64,000 nucleotides of DNA from Vulcanimicrobiota bacterium. Its GTDB lineage: Bacteria; Vulcanimicrobiota; Vulcanimicrobiia; Vulcanimicrobiales; Vulcanimicrobiaceae. The stretch covers positions 256,001-320,000 of the forward strand of contig CAWHWQ010000002.1 of NCBI GenBank assembly GCA_963833095.1. The letters run 5' to 3'. Shown one piece after another: positions 36,481 through 45,803 of the stretch (position 1 is its first letter; each line of letters starts with the position of its first letter). The notes beneath the pieces are model-generated. The model did not search any database, was not told the origin of the DNA, and worked only from the letters and a program-made list of their open reading frames with translations. The translations under genes were made by a program, and so were the position numbers.

Positions 36481-39179
36481 CTACGTAGCTTTCTTCTTCC
36501 GGGTGGTGGTAGATGTCGACGCCTTTTTACGCGTCGACGTTTTCTTTACGCCGCTAGGAACCGCGCCATCGGCGTCGGCCTTTTTTACGCGCGTGCGCTT
36601 GACCGCGGTGGTTTCCTTGGTTTCGACTTTCTTTGCGCGAGTGCGCTTGGGCTTTTCGTCGACCGGCGCCGGCAACGCGACGACGACAGTCGTTTCCAAC
36701 TCACCGGCGACACCGCTTACCCGCGTGCGACGGCGACGTGTGGGCTTCGCCTGATTGAATTCTTCGGCGGGGAACGTGAGGTGCGGCGGCGGCGCATCGA
36801 CCGCCGGCGGGCCGGCTTTACGTACCGGAGTAATCGCGCGCGACGGTTCGCGCGGTGCGGTCATCCCGGTCGGCTGCGCCGAACCTTGCGGGTCGACGCG
36901 GAACACGTGACGATCCGGAACCGACGAACTCATCGGCAGCGTGCCGGTCAGCCCCTCGCGACGTTCGCCGTTGCCGCCTCCACCGCCACCGCGTCCGCGG
37001 CGACGACGCCGGCGCCGGCGCTTGCCGTGTCCGATCTCGCCGTTGGTGCTCGGCACCGCGGTCTGCACCGGCGGCTGCGCCTCGTCTTCTTCCTCTTCGT
37101 CTTCGTCGAACTCGCTTTGCGCTGCGGCGCTCGCCGGCGTAATGCCGACTTGCGCTGCCACGTCGAAGCGCTCCGCGCCTCCCTGGCCGCCGCGTCCGCG
37201 ACGGCGCCGACGGCGGCGGCGTTTGCCGCGGCCGGCTTCGCCGACAGCTTCGCTTTCATTGATGATGATCGCGTCGGGCTGATGTTCGCCTTGGCCTCAG
37301 CTGCGAGCGCGGGATCCTCGGCCTCTTCCTCTTCGGTCACCGTGGTGATGCCGATCGGTGGACGCGCCTGCTGCTGTGACGCCGCCTCTGCGGCGAGTTC
37401 GCGCAGCTCGGCGGCTTGTTCCGCCGCGGTAAGTGCGACTTTGCGTCCCTTGCCGCCGCGACGGCGTTTCTTCTTGGCTTCGCCGACGCTTGCCGCAATG
37501 AGCTCGGCAAGCACGTAGTCGTCGACGTCGTCGACATCGAGCACGCGAATTTTCGCGGAATTGCCCGCGTTGTTCGCGGCATTTTCAACTTCGACGATGC
37601 GATCGCCGATCACGGCCGTCGCCGACGTCGGATTGGGCAGACGCCCGGGCAGCAGATCGACTTCCACTTCGTCGCCGACGCGAATTGGGCGCAGCTGCTC
37701 GATGGGCTTGGTGATCCGTTCGACGCGCGAGCGCTCGGGATGCAGCAACGGGTCGACGCGAACGTGAATCTTCGTGTCGAGTTCTTTGGCGAGCTCGAGC
37801 ACTTCGTCTTCGTACCAGAACTCCATCTGCGCTGCAACCGTCGGCGCGGCATGCACCAGAACCGGCTGATGATTATGATTGTTGTGAGCGCTCTGGCGCA
37901 CGTGACGCAGCGTGTCGATCGCAACCGACTGCGGCGACATAACCGAGCCGATACCATTACACGTTGGACATGCGCCGCGAAGCTGCGCGCCAAGATCCTT
38001 GCCGATGCGCTTGCGCGTGAACTCGAGCAAGCCCAGGTTCGAAAACGACTGAATCGTTGCGCGCGTGCGGTCGCGTCGCAGCCCATCTTCGAGTGCCTTG
38101 ATCACCTTACTGCGCGCCGATTCTGACGCCATGTCGATGAAGTCGACGACGATGATGCCACCGATATCGCGCAGCCGAACTTGGCGCGCGATTTCCACCG
38201 CGGCTTCGACGTTCGTCTTGACGATGGTATCTTCGAGGTTCTTACCGCCGGTGAACTTTCCCGAGTTGACGTCGATGACGGTCAGCGCTTCGGTCGACTC
38301 GATGACGATCGATCCACCCGATGGAAGATTGATCTTGGGCTTGAGCAAACGCTCCAGCTCGTCGTTGACTTTGAAATCGTCGAAGAGATCGCGGCCATGA
38401 TTGTAATGCTGCACGCGATCGAGATATTGTGGTCCGAGCAATTGCAAGAACTCGCGAACCTTGCGATATTCTGCTTCATCGTCGATCAGCACGCGCTCCA
38501 CGTCGGACGTGATAAAATCACGGGCCGCTTTATAAACCAGATTCATGTCGCGGTGCAACAGCGAGGGAGACGGCGCGCGCTTGAACGTTTCGAGAATGCC
38601 GTGCCACATACGAATCAGCACGCCGAGGTCGGCGATCAATTCAGCTTCGCTCACGCCGGCTGCCGCGGTGCGAACCACGGTTGCCATGCCTTCGGGGCGA
38701 ATGCGTTTCATCACCGCCTTGAGGCGATTGCGCTCGTCGGCCGACTCGATCTTTCGCGAGACGCCGGAGTATTTACCGGTCGGCATCAGGATCAGGTAGC
38801 GGCCGGGCAGCGAGATGTTGGTGGAGATGCGCGCGCCTTTGAGGCCGCGCGGCTCCTTGACGATCTGCACCAGCACATCGTCACCCTTCTTCACCTTCTC
38901 ACCGATGGTGAAGCCGCTATGGCCGTGGGTGATCTCGACGTCGCCGATATTTAGCGGCTGTTTGTTAATGTCGTCGACGTACAGAAACGCGTTGCGTCCC
39001 AGTCCGATGTCGACGAATGCCGCGCCCATACCGGGCAGAACGTTTTGAACTTTTCCTTTGTATATCGAGCCGATGACTCGTTCTTCGCGCTCGATGTAGA
39101 GTTCGGCAAGGGTGCCGTTCTCAAGTATGGCAACCCGATTTTCCCACGGGTCGCTCGAGATGAGAATCTCGCTTGGCAA
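36481..39179 (-). CDS. rne: Ribonuclease E/G (frameshift near 37276)
   Basis: GSIYKGKVQNVLPGMGAAFVDIG (S1), IDVNSG, RLRDIGGIIVVDFIDM, CPTC; Arg-rich disordered tail continues in a shifted frame to 36481; TTG start. Confidence 0.92.
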
Positions 39180-39471
39180 ATTGTCCTCTGTTGTCTAGGA
39201 ACGCCCTTTGAGACGCGCTGCAAGCGCACCTTACTCTGACGGGACGCGTCTCCGCGTCTAAACGACGGCACATGGCCACCAACCGTGAACGGGGCTCCTG
39301 GTAGAAATCTTAAAACGCCTGCGAAGTTCCGGAGAGCCACCAAGCAGACCTGCCAAGGAGTCAAAGAGCCATTGGACCCTCGACATCGTGGCCCATATGG
39401 TCCATGATGCAAAGGAGACGTCCCGCGTGCCTTATGAGCCGCGCTTTTCGCCTATGACAGGGACCCCATAG

Positions 39472-40263
39472 ATGGCTGCTCCGTCGAACCGCCGGGTGTT
39501 TTTCCGCCAACCGATGTACCTGCGAATCGATCTGCGGGTCTCGGGGGTGCGCGCTCCGGTGGCAGCCACGCTGGTCGACCTCTCCGGCGGGGGCGGCATG
39601 GTCATCGCCCGCACCATGCTCAGGAACCAATTGGCGGTGGAGTTCGATCTCCCGCGGGAAGGCCAGCCCCATCTACGGCTCCCCGGGAAAATCCGCAAGG
39701 TTAGTTACTCAGCGGCCGACCGCAGTTTCAAGTATGCGGTCGAATTTGAGACCCTCGACCACGAGACGCGCGAGGCGCTCCTGCGTTTCATCATCGATGA
39801 GCAGCGACGCACGATCAGTGTGGCGCGACGCGGCGATCACGCAACGGCAAAGCCGAAGCTCTCGCGGTTACAGGAGCAGCGCGCCCATCGCCGGATCGAT
39901 GTCAACATTCCGGTTCGCATTTCGCTCGTTGACGTGCCCGGGTCGATGGAAGCCGTCGCGATCGACGTGAGCACCGGCGGCTGCCGCATCCTCATCGAGC
40001 ACGTGCTGCGCCAGGAGTGGGAGGTCATTCTCCGCTTCACCTTTCCCAATGACGTACTTCGCGCCCAGCAACCCGGGCGCGCCGATGGGCGCGCAGCCTC
40101 TCCGTTCCAAGAACTCAAGGTCAATGCGCGCGCACTTCCGGGCATCAAGCAATTGCGCGGGAAATATATTCAAAGCTTGGTTTGGGTGCATCCCGATCCG
40201 AAGATTACCGAAGAGATCAGCCGCTTCGTGCAGGCGGCTCAACTCGCATCGCTTCGAAAATAG
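39472..40263 (+). CDS. Tandem PilZ-domain protein (c-di-GMP receptor)
   Basis: RRVFFR...DLSGGG and QRAHRR...DVSTGG: two RxxxR / DxSxxG pairs. Confidence 0.85.
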   Translation: MAAPSNRRVFFRQPMYLRIDLRVSGVRAPVAATLVDLSGGGGMVIARTMLRNQLAVEFDLPREGQPHLRLPGKIRKVSYSAADRSFKYAVEFETLDHETREALLRFIIDEQRRTISVARRGDHATAKPKLSRLQEQRAHRRIDVNIPVRISLVDVPGSMEAVAIDVSTGGCRILIEHVLRQEWEVILRFTFPNDVLRAQQPGRADGRAASPFQELKVNARALPGIKQLRGKYIQSLVWVHPDPKITEEISRFVQAAQLASLRK

Positions 40264-41069
40264 GACGATTCGGATGGCCTGCATCGTGCAGCTACGAGGT
40301 CAAAAGGCCATGGGTAGGCCCAGTTGGCTCGCTTGTAGAGTTCGACGTTCTTGCGCCGTCCGCCGATGTCGATCTCGGCGCGCACCAAATTGCGCAACGC
40401 CAGCAGCGGCATGACGTTCTCGAGTTCCAGTTGCCAAAAGCCGTGCAACTCCAGCTGCTCGAGTGAGTTGCACTGTGCGAGCGCTTCGACGCCGCGTAGT
40501 TCGCGAAGCTGCTCGAGCGCGAGCGTGTGCAGAGGAAGCGCCGCAAACGCGCGCGCATCGACCGGCGTTTCGATCCGCACGAGCCGCAATGCACGGAGCG
40601 ATCGCGGAAAATCCAGCGAGGTCAGGGCAACGCCCGAACATTCCAGCACTTCGAGCAGCGGATAGTCTCGCGTGAGTTCGCGCGGATCGAGCGAGCGTCC
40701 GCGGCCGGCAATGCGAAGGTAGCGCGAATCGGGCGGAAACGCTGGCTTCCAGCGATTGCGCACAACGAGCGGCGGAAGTTCGAGGTTGGCAATTCCGAGG
40801 TGCGTTGCAACGATGCGCTCCGCATGCGCGGGGCCTATCCAACCGTTGCTCTTGTCATCCCGAGCGTAGGCGCGGAACGACGAAGTCACGGGACGGATCA
40901 CACGCCATCGATGGAGGACCAATGCGCGGTCGCCGACGCCCCGTAGCACGATATCGCCGATCGCGATATCGACCGTGTGATGCTCGCAATGCAGAATCGT
41001 CGCCGGCCTGGTTGAGCCGTCGCCGAGCGGGAGGGCGAATGAGTCGCCCGCGCGATAGGGAAGTTTCAC
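40239..41069 (-). CDS. Hypothetical protein, Imm26-like N-terminus and leucine-rich-repeat-like C-terminus
   Basis: GDSFALPLGDG...DRALVLHRWRVI; LEVLEC, LRALRL, LHTLAL, LEQLEL periodicity. Confidence 0.55.
   Translation of the reverse strand: MKLPYRAGDSFALPLGDGSTRPATILHCEHHTVDIAIGDIVLRGVGDRALVLHRWRVIRPVTSSFRAYARDDKSNGWIGPAHAERIVATHLGIANLELPPLVVRNRWKPAFPPDSRYLRIAGRGRSLDPRELTRDYPLLEVLECSGVALTSLDFPRSLRALRLVRIETPVDARAFAALPLHTLALEQLRELRGVEALAQCNSLEQLELHGFWQLELENVMPLLALRNLVRAEIDIGGRRKNVELYKRANWAYPWPFDLVAARCRPSESSYFRSDAS
40853..40894 (+). repeat. 42-bp TGTCATC repeat inserted in frame, antisense to the host ORF
   Basis: TGTCATCCCGAGCGTAGGCGCGGAACGACGAAGTCACGGGAC; reads PVTSSFRAYARDD in the minus-strand ORF. 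Confidence 0.85.
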
Positions 41070-41071
41070 GC

Positions 41072-41689
41072 GTGCCCAAGTCGCGCAGCGGTGGACGGCG
41101 GTTCGATCACGACTACGGTGTTACCACACACGCCGTACTCTTCCTCACCGATCTCGATCCTGACGCGGTGGGTGACGCCGGGGCGCACGCGACGCACTAC
41201 GAAGCCGTCCCCGTCGCTGATTTTCGCGCGTTGCTCTCGCTCGTGCCAAGTGACACGATCGCGAGCGCAACCTTTGTCGACGTCGGCGCGGGCATGGGCC
41301 GCGCGATGATCCTCGCCGCCGAGTACCCGTTCAAGCAAGTCTCCGGCATCGAACTCTCGCCCGGCCTCTACGAAGTCGCCAAAGAGAACCTTACCATTGC
41401 GCGTGCCCGCGGCTTGCGCTGCCACGACATTCGACTTGTGCGCGGCGATGCACGCATCGCGAACTATCCACCCGGCGACCTGATCGTCTTTCTTTTCAAT
41501 CCGTTCGACGGTGACGCGCTTGCCGTGACGTTGGCAAGTATTGCAAAGCGGCGCGACGCCGGCGAAACGTGGTTGCTCTATCACACACCAGTCGAGCGAG
41601 CGATCATCGACTCCACGCCGGGATGGAGGCTAGAAGCAGAAATAGCGTGTGGGATAGCGTACAGCGCGAGCGAAGCCGCGCGGCTCTAG
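41072..41689 (+). CDS. Class I SAM-dependent methyltransferase
   Basis: FVDVGAGMGR, GIELS, GDA, FLFNPF; GTG start uncertain. Confidence 0.85.
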   Translation: MPKSRSGGRRFDHDYGVTTHAVLFLTDLDPDAVGDAGAHATHYEAVPVADFRALLSLVPSDTIASATFVDVGAGMGRAMILAAEYPFKQVSGIELSPGLYEVAKENLTIARARGLRCHDIRLVRGDARIANYPPGDLIVFLFNPFDGDALAVTLASIAKRRDAGETWLLYHTPVERAIIDSTPGWRLEAEIACGIAYSASEAARL

Positions 41690-42823
41690 TCAAGCGTTGC
41701 CTAAAACGTCGCGGTCCTTTTGCGAGTAGATGTTGAGCAGCACGCCGACGGCGGCGAAGTCGGTAAGGATAGCCGAGCCGCCATATGACATAAACGGCAG
41801 CGGAATACCGGTGATCGGCATGATACCGATCGTCATCCCGATGTTGACGAGAATGTGAAAGAAGAGCATCGCAACGATCCCCGAGGCAAGCAGAAACCCG
41901 AAACGATCGCGCGACGCGATCATCGTGCGAATTCCGCCGTAGAGGAGCATGCCGTAAAGCACCACCAGCGCCGCGGCACCCAAGAATCCGAACTCTTCAG
42001 CCAGCACGGTAAAGATAAAGTCACGCGAATGTTCCGGAACGAAGTTGAGCTGTGTCTGCGTACCGTGATGTAAGCCTCGTCCGAACCACTCGCCGTTGCC
42101 GACCGCGATCTTAGACTGATTGAGATTGTAGCCCGCGCCCTGCGGATCGGCGTGCGGATTGAGGAAGACAAAGAGCCGAGCTTTTTGGAATGGTTTGAGA
42201 ATCGCGTTGGTGCCGACGGCGGCCGCCCCTGCCGTCAGCACGGCCATCGCGTAGATCAAAAAGTCGCCGAGCTTGGGCAAGCCGAAAAAGAGTTGCACGG
42301 TAAGGATGGCGCCGATGACCAGCGAGGTTCCCAAATCCGGTTGCTTGAGGATCAAGAGCGCCGGAATCGCCGCGGTGAGTAGCGGCTTCCACAGGTCTTG
42401 AATGCGGTCGTAGGTATGACGGCAGAGCACGAACGCGATCGAGATCGCCAGCACAAGCTTGGCCGGCTCCGATGGTTGAAACGTGCCGAGCGGACCGAGT
42501 GAGATCCAACGCTGCGCGCCAAGCGCCGAATGGCCGCCGCGCAAAATAAAACCCAACAAGAGAAGATTGACGATGTACAGGCCGGGCGCCCAGCGTCGCC
42601 AGTTGCGGTAGTCGACGAGCGAGAAACCGAACATCAACGGCACGCCGAGCAAGATGTAGAGAAATTGCTTTTTATATTCGCCCGCCGCGTCGGGGTCGTG
42701 CAGATCGGCGGACTGAATGCAGAGCACGCCAAGGATCGCGATGAGCAGCGGGGCGATCGCGAGCGGCCAATTGAAGTTGCGCACGAAGCGCCGGGAATCG
42801 ATACCGAGGGAGAGGACCGCCAT
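41690..42823 (-). CDS. rodA: SEDS peptidoglycan polymerase RodA
   Basis: GAQRWI, FQPSEPAK, QPDLGT, QSKIAVG, PITGIPLPFMSYGGS; downstream of minE. Confidence 0.93.
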   Translation of the reverse strand: MAVLSLGIDSRRFVRNFNWPLAIAPLLIAILGVLCIQSADLHDPDAAGEYKKQFLYILLGVPLMFGFSLVDYRNWRRWAPGLYIVNLLLLGFILRGGHSALGAQRWISLGPLGTFQPSEPAKLVLAISIAFVLCRHTYDRIQDLWKPLLTAAIPALLILKQPDLGTSLVIGAILTVQLFFGLPKLGDFLIYAMAVLTAGAAAVGTNAILKPFQKARLFVFLNPHADPQGAGYNLNQSKIAVGNGEWFGRGLHHGTQTQLNFVPEHSRDFIFTVLAEEFGFLGAAALVVLYGMLLYGGIRTMIASRDRFGFLLASGIVAMLFFHILVNIGMTIGIMPITGIPLPFMSYGGSAILTDFAAVGVLLNIYSQKDRDVLGNA

Positions 42824-42835
42824 TGCGTCGAGCGA

Positions 42836-43186
42836 TCAGTGCGCGGTCGCGGGACTTTGCGACGGCGGCTTCTTTCGCCGGCGACGCCGTGGCGGCGGCC
42901 CGGACTGCGCCGGTGGCTGCGGCGGCGGACTGGGCCGATTGACCGAAACGATCGGAATATTCGCAAGCATCGCAAGCGCCCGGTCCTCACGTTCGAAGTT
43001 CACTTCGACTTTGTCGCGATCGACTTCGACGTAGCGGGAGATCACGTCGACGAGATCGCGCTTCATGTTCTCGATGATATCGGGCGCGAGCGCAAGGTGA
43101 TCGGTCATCAGCACGAGGCGCAGCCGCTCTTTTGCAGTCGAGCTCGACGTCGGACCGCCGAACATCTTTTTGACCCAGTCGATCAT
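42836..43186 (-). CDS. minE: Cell division topological specificity factor MinE
   Basis: SSTAKERLRLVL, MKRDLVDVISRYV, ANIPI; extended Pro/Arg-rich tail. Confidence 0.92.
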   Translation of the reverse strand: MIDWVKKMFGGPTSSSTAKERLRLVLMTDHLALAPDIIENMKRDLVDVISRYVEVDRDKVEVNFEREDRALAMLANIPIVSVNRPSPPPQPPAQSGPPPRRRRRKKPPSQSPATAH

Positions 43187-44022
43187 GCGCGCTTCCCTCC
43201 GAAGATCGAGCCGAGCTTGTCCATGAACGACTCTTTGAGTTCGGGGGACGGCGCGGGCACGTCTTCGCCCGCGACACGCGCGGCAATCGCGTGGTACGCG
43301 CTCGCGGTCTCGCCCTCGTGGCGCAGTGCAAGCGGTTCGCCTCGGTTGGTGGTAATGATAATCTCCGGTTCGTCGGCAATGACGCCTAGCAGCGGCAGGC
43401 GCAGGATTGCGTTGACATCTTCGACCGAGAGCATCTTGCCCTTCTTTACCAACTGCGGGCGCAGACGATTGATGATCAACTGCGGCTTGAAGCGGTTGCC
43501 GAGCAAGCCAACCACGCGGTCAACGTCGCGGACCGCCGAAACCTCGGGCGTGCAGACAACGATTGCTTCGTCAGCACCGACGATGGCGTTCTTGAAGCCC
43601 TGCTCGATGCCGGCCGGACAGTCGATCAACACGTAGTCGAAACGTTCGCGAAGCCCCTGAACGAGCGCGCGCATCTTCTCGGTGTCAACTTCGTCTTTCT
43701 CGCGCGACTGCGCAGCAGCAAGAAGCACCAAGGTCTCGCTGTGCTTGTCGGGCACGAGCGCCTCGTCGAGCGAGACCTTGTCCTCGAGCACGTCGAGCAA
43801 ATGGTATTTCACGCGACTCTCGAGTCCGAGCACGATGTCGAGATTGCGCAGCCCGACGTCGGCATCGATCAAGGCGACGCGCGCCCCCCGCTGCGCAAGC
43901 GCGGTGCCCAAATTGGCAGTAGTCGTCGTTTTGCCGACGCCGCCCTTGCCCGAGGTCACGACGATCGCCCGCCCGAGCTTCGCTGCGGGAGTTGCGACTT
44001 CATGAGGAACTGGTTGGTGCAT
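43183..44022 (-). CDS. minD: Septum site-determining ATPase MinD (copy 2)
   Basis: TSGKGGVGKTT, DADVGLRNLD, DCPAGIE, C-terminal amphipathic helix. Confidence 0.93.
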   Translation of the reverse strand: MHQPVPHEVATPAAKLGRAIVVTSGKGGVGKTTTTANLGTALAQRGARVALIDADVGLRNLDIVLGLESRVKYHLLDVLEDKVSLDEALVPDKHSETLVLLAAAQSREKDEVDTEKMRALVQGLRERFDYVLIDCPAGIEQGFKNAIVGADEAIVVCTPEVSAVRDVDRVVGLLGNRFKPQLIINRLRPQLVKKGKMLSVEDVNAILRLPLLGVIADEPEIIITTNRGEPLALRHEGETASAYHAIAARVAGEDVPAPSPELKESFMDKLGSIFGGKRA

Positions 44023-44029
44023 CGAATGA

Positions 44030-44821
44030 TTACCCCGCCTTGAGAGCGCCGAAGAGTTTGCCGAAGAAGCCTTGCGCGTCGAAGGTCGTGAACGGCACCA
44101 TCTCGCCTTCGAGACGCCGCGCGATCTTCTCGTAAATGCCGCCCAGCCGCGCGGCCGGATCGAGCACAATCGGCTCGCCGCGGTTCGTGGTGTCGATAAC
44201 CTCGGGATCTTCGGGGATCACCCCGACGAGCTCGACGGCGAGAATCTCGCAGACGTCTTCGACCGAAAGCATGTCGCCGGTACGCACCATCTCAGGGCGC
44301 AGGCGATTGAGAATCAATCGGATCGGCAGCCCGCGGTCGTTGAGTTTGCCCACCACGCGATCGGCATCGCGAATCGCGCTGACTTCCGGCGTCGTGACGA
44401 CGATTGCTTCCTTAGCGCCGGCGACCGCATTACGGAAACCGCCTTCGATGCCGGCCGGGCAATCGATCAGAACGTAGTCGGCATTTTGCGCGATCTCTGC
44501 TACCACCGCCTCGAATTGCGACTCGGTGATCGCGTCTTTGTCGCGGGTTTGCGCGGCCGGAAGAATCGAGAGCGATTCGAAGCGCTTATCCTTGATGAGC
44601 GCCTGGCGCAGTTGGCAGCGTCCCTCCACGACTTCGACCAAATCGAACACGATTCGCTTCTCAAGACCCAGCACGAGATCGAGATTGCGCAGTCCGATGT
44701 CGGCATCGACCAACACCACACGCAATCCGCGTTTCGCGAGCGCGGCGCCAAGATTTGCCGTGGTCGTGGTCTTACCCACGCCACCCTTGCCCGACGTGAT
44801 GACGATGCGACGTCCTGACAT
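44030..44821 (-). CDS. minD: Septum site-determining ATPase MinD (copy 1)
   Basis: TSGKGGVGKTT, DADIGLRNLD, IRDADR, GFFGKLFG membrane-targeting helix. Confidence 0.95.
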   Translation of the reverse strand: MSGRRIVITSGKGGVGKTTTTANLGAALAKRGLRVVLVDADIGLRNLDLVLGLEKRIVFDLVEVVEGRCQLRQALIKDKRFESLSILPAAQTRDKDAITESQFEAVVAEIAQNADYVLIDCPAGIEGGFRNAVAGAKEAIVVTTPEVSAIRDADRVVGKLNDRGLPIRLILNRLRPEMVRTGDMLSVEDVCEILAVELVGVIPEDPEVIDTTNRGEPIVLDPAARLGGIYEKIARRLEGEMVPFTTFDAQGFFGKLFGALKAG

Positions 44822-44822
44822 G

Positions 44823-45617
44823 TTATCCGGCTACCTCCGCTGCCTTGGAAAATGGTGCGATCGCGATCCGCCCGTCACGCACAAACGCTACCTCGGGTTC
44901 CGACGAAGTGCGCGCATGCTCCTCGTCGACGGCGATCACACTTGCAATACGCAATTGCGTGGCGTGCAATTGCAACGCGTAGACTTTTGCTTCACTATCG
45001 CCTTGCGCGCCGGCGTGCGCAACACCGAGCAAGCGTCCGAAGACGACGATATCGCCGGTTGCGACGAGTTCGGTTCCTGGGTTGACGTCGCCGACGACGA
45101 CGATGTTCCCAGCATGGTGCAAGGCTTGCCCACCGCGCAGCGTTCCGACGTGATACAGCGTACCGGGCGGCGGCGGCGGCGCGACTTGCAACGCAGACCC
45201 TGCGGCTGCCGCTGCAGCAGCGCTTGCATTCGCGCGCCGGACGCTGGTCTCGCCGCGTTTGCGCCGCTCGGCGATATCGGCGCGCGCGCCGTCAAAGTCG
45301 GCGACGAGCGATCGCGCCGCGTCCGAAAGCTTGAGCTCGCGTTTGGGACGCAGAGCCCGTCGCCGAGCCAACTCCTGCGCGTCGGGCGCCTGGGCCACGG
45401 CGCGCAGCTCGATGCCCGCCTCGCCCAGCACGGTGCGCAGCGTTTCGACTTGCTCGTCGGTAAGGGGCGATTCACCCAGGACGACTCTCGCCGTGGTTCC
45501 GCGATAGAAGTCGGCCCGCTCGCCAAGGCGAGCAGACAGTTCAGCAACTGCCGCGTCGAAATCCCAACCGGCGAGATGGACTTCGAGGCCGAGGCCTCGC
45601 CCGCGAATCAAGGACAT
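44823..45617 (-). CDS. minC: Septum site-determining protein MinC
   Basis: TLRGGQ, VVVGDVNPG, GVAHAG, QLRIA; start MSLIRG at 45617. Confidence 0.92.
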   Translation of the reverse strand: MSLIRGRGLGLEVHLAGWDFDAAVAELSARLGERADFYRGTTARVVLGESPLTDEQVETLRTVLGEAGIELRAVAQAPDAQELARRRALRPKRELKLSDAARSLVADFDGARADIAERRKRGETSVRRANASAAAAAAAGSALQVAPPPPPGTLYHVGTLRGGQALHHAGNIVVVGDVNPGTELVATGDIVVFGRLLGVAHAGAQGDSEAKVYALQLHATQLRIASVIAVDEEHARTSSEPEVAFVRDGRIAIAPFSKAAEVAG

Positions 45618-45690
45618 TGGCCTCCGTTTCAGACGCCCGCGGCGAGCGGCCCTTCGCGAATCCACAGGGACTCGCAAGTTCTTCCGGTTA

Positions 45691-45712
45691 TACACACATC
45701 GTACACACTTCG
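45691..45712. promoter_or_regulatory. 11-bp tandem direct repeat in the minC / M48 divergent intergenic region
   Basis: TACACACATCG TACACACTTCG. Confidence 0.4.
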
Positions 45713-45803
45713 TAACGGGGCACGCTCGTGGCCCGTTGTATGGGAGTCGAGCCCGCCATAACGTAACATTGATGGGGACCCACCGGTAAAGGACGTCAAA
45801 CCT

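Noticed and set aside
41831..41841. CGTCATCCCGA match to the repeat inside rodA
   Set aside because: It encodes the conserved SEDS motif NIGMT and has no second arm; coincidental
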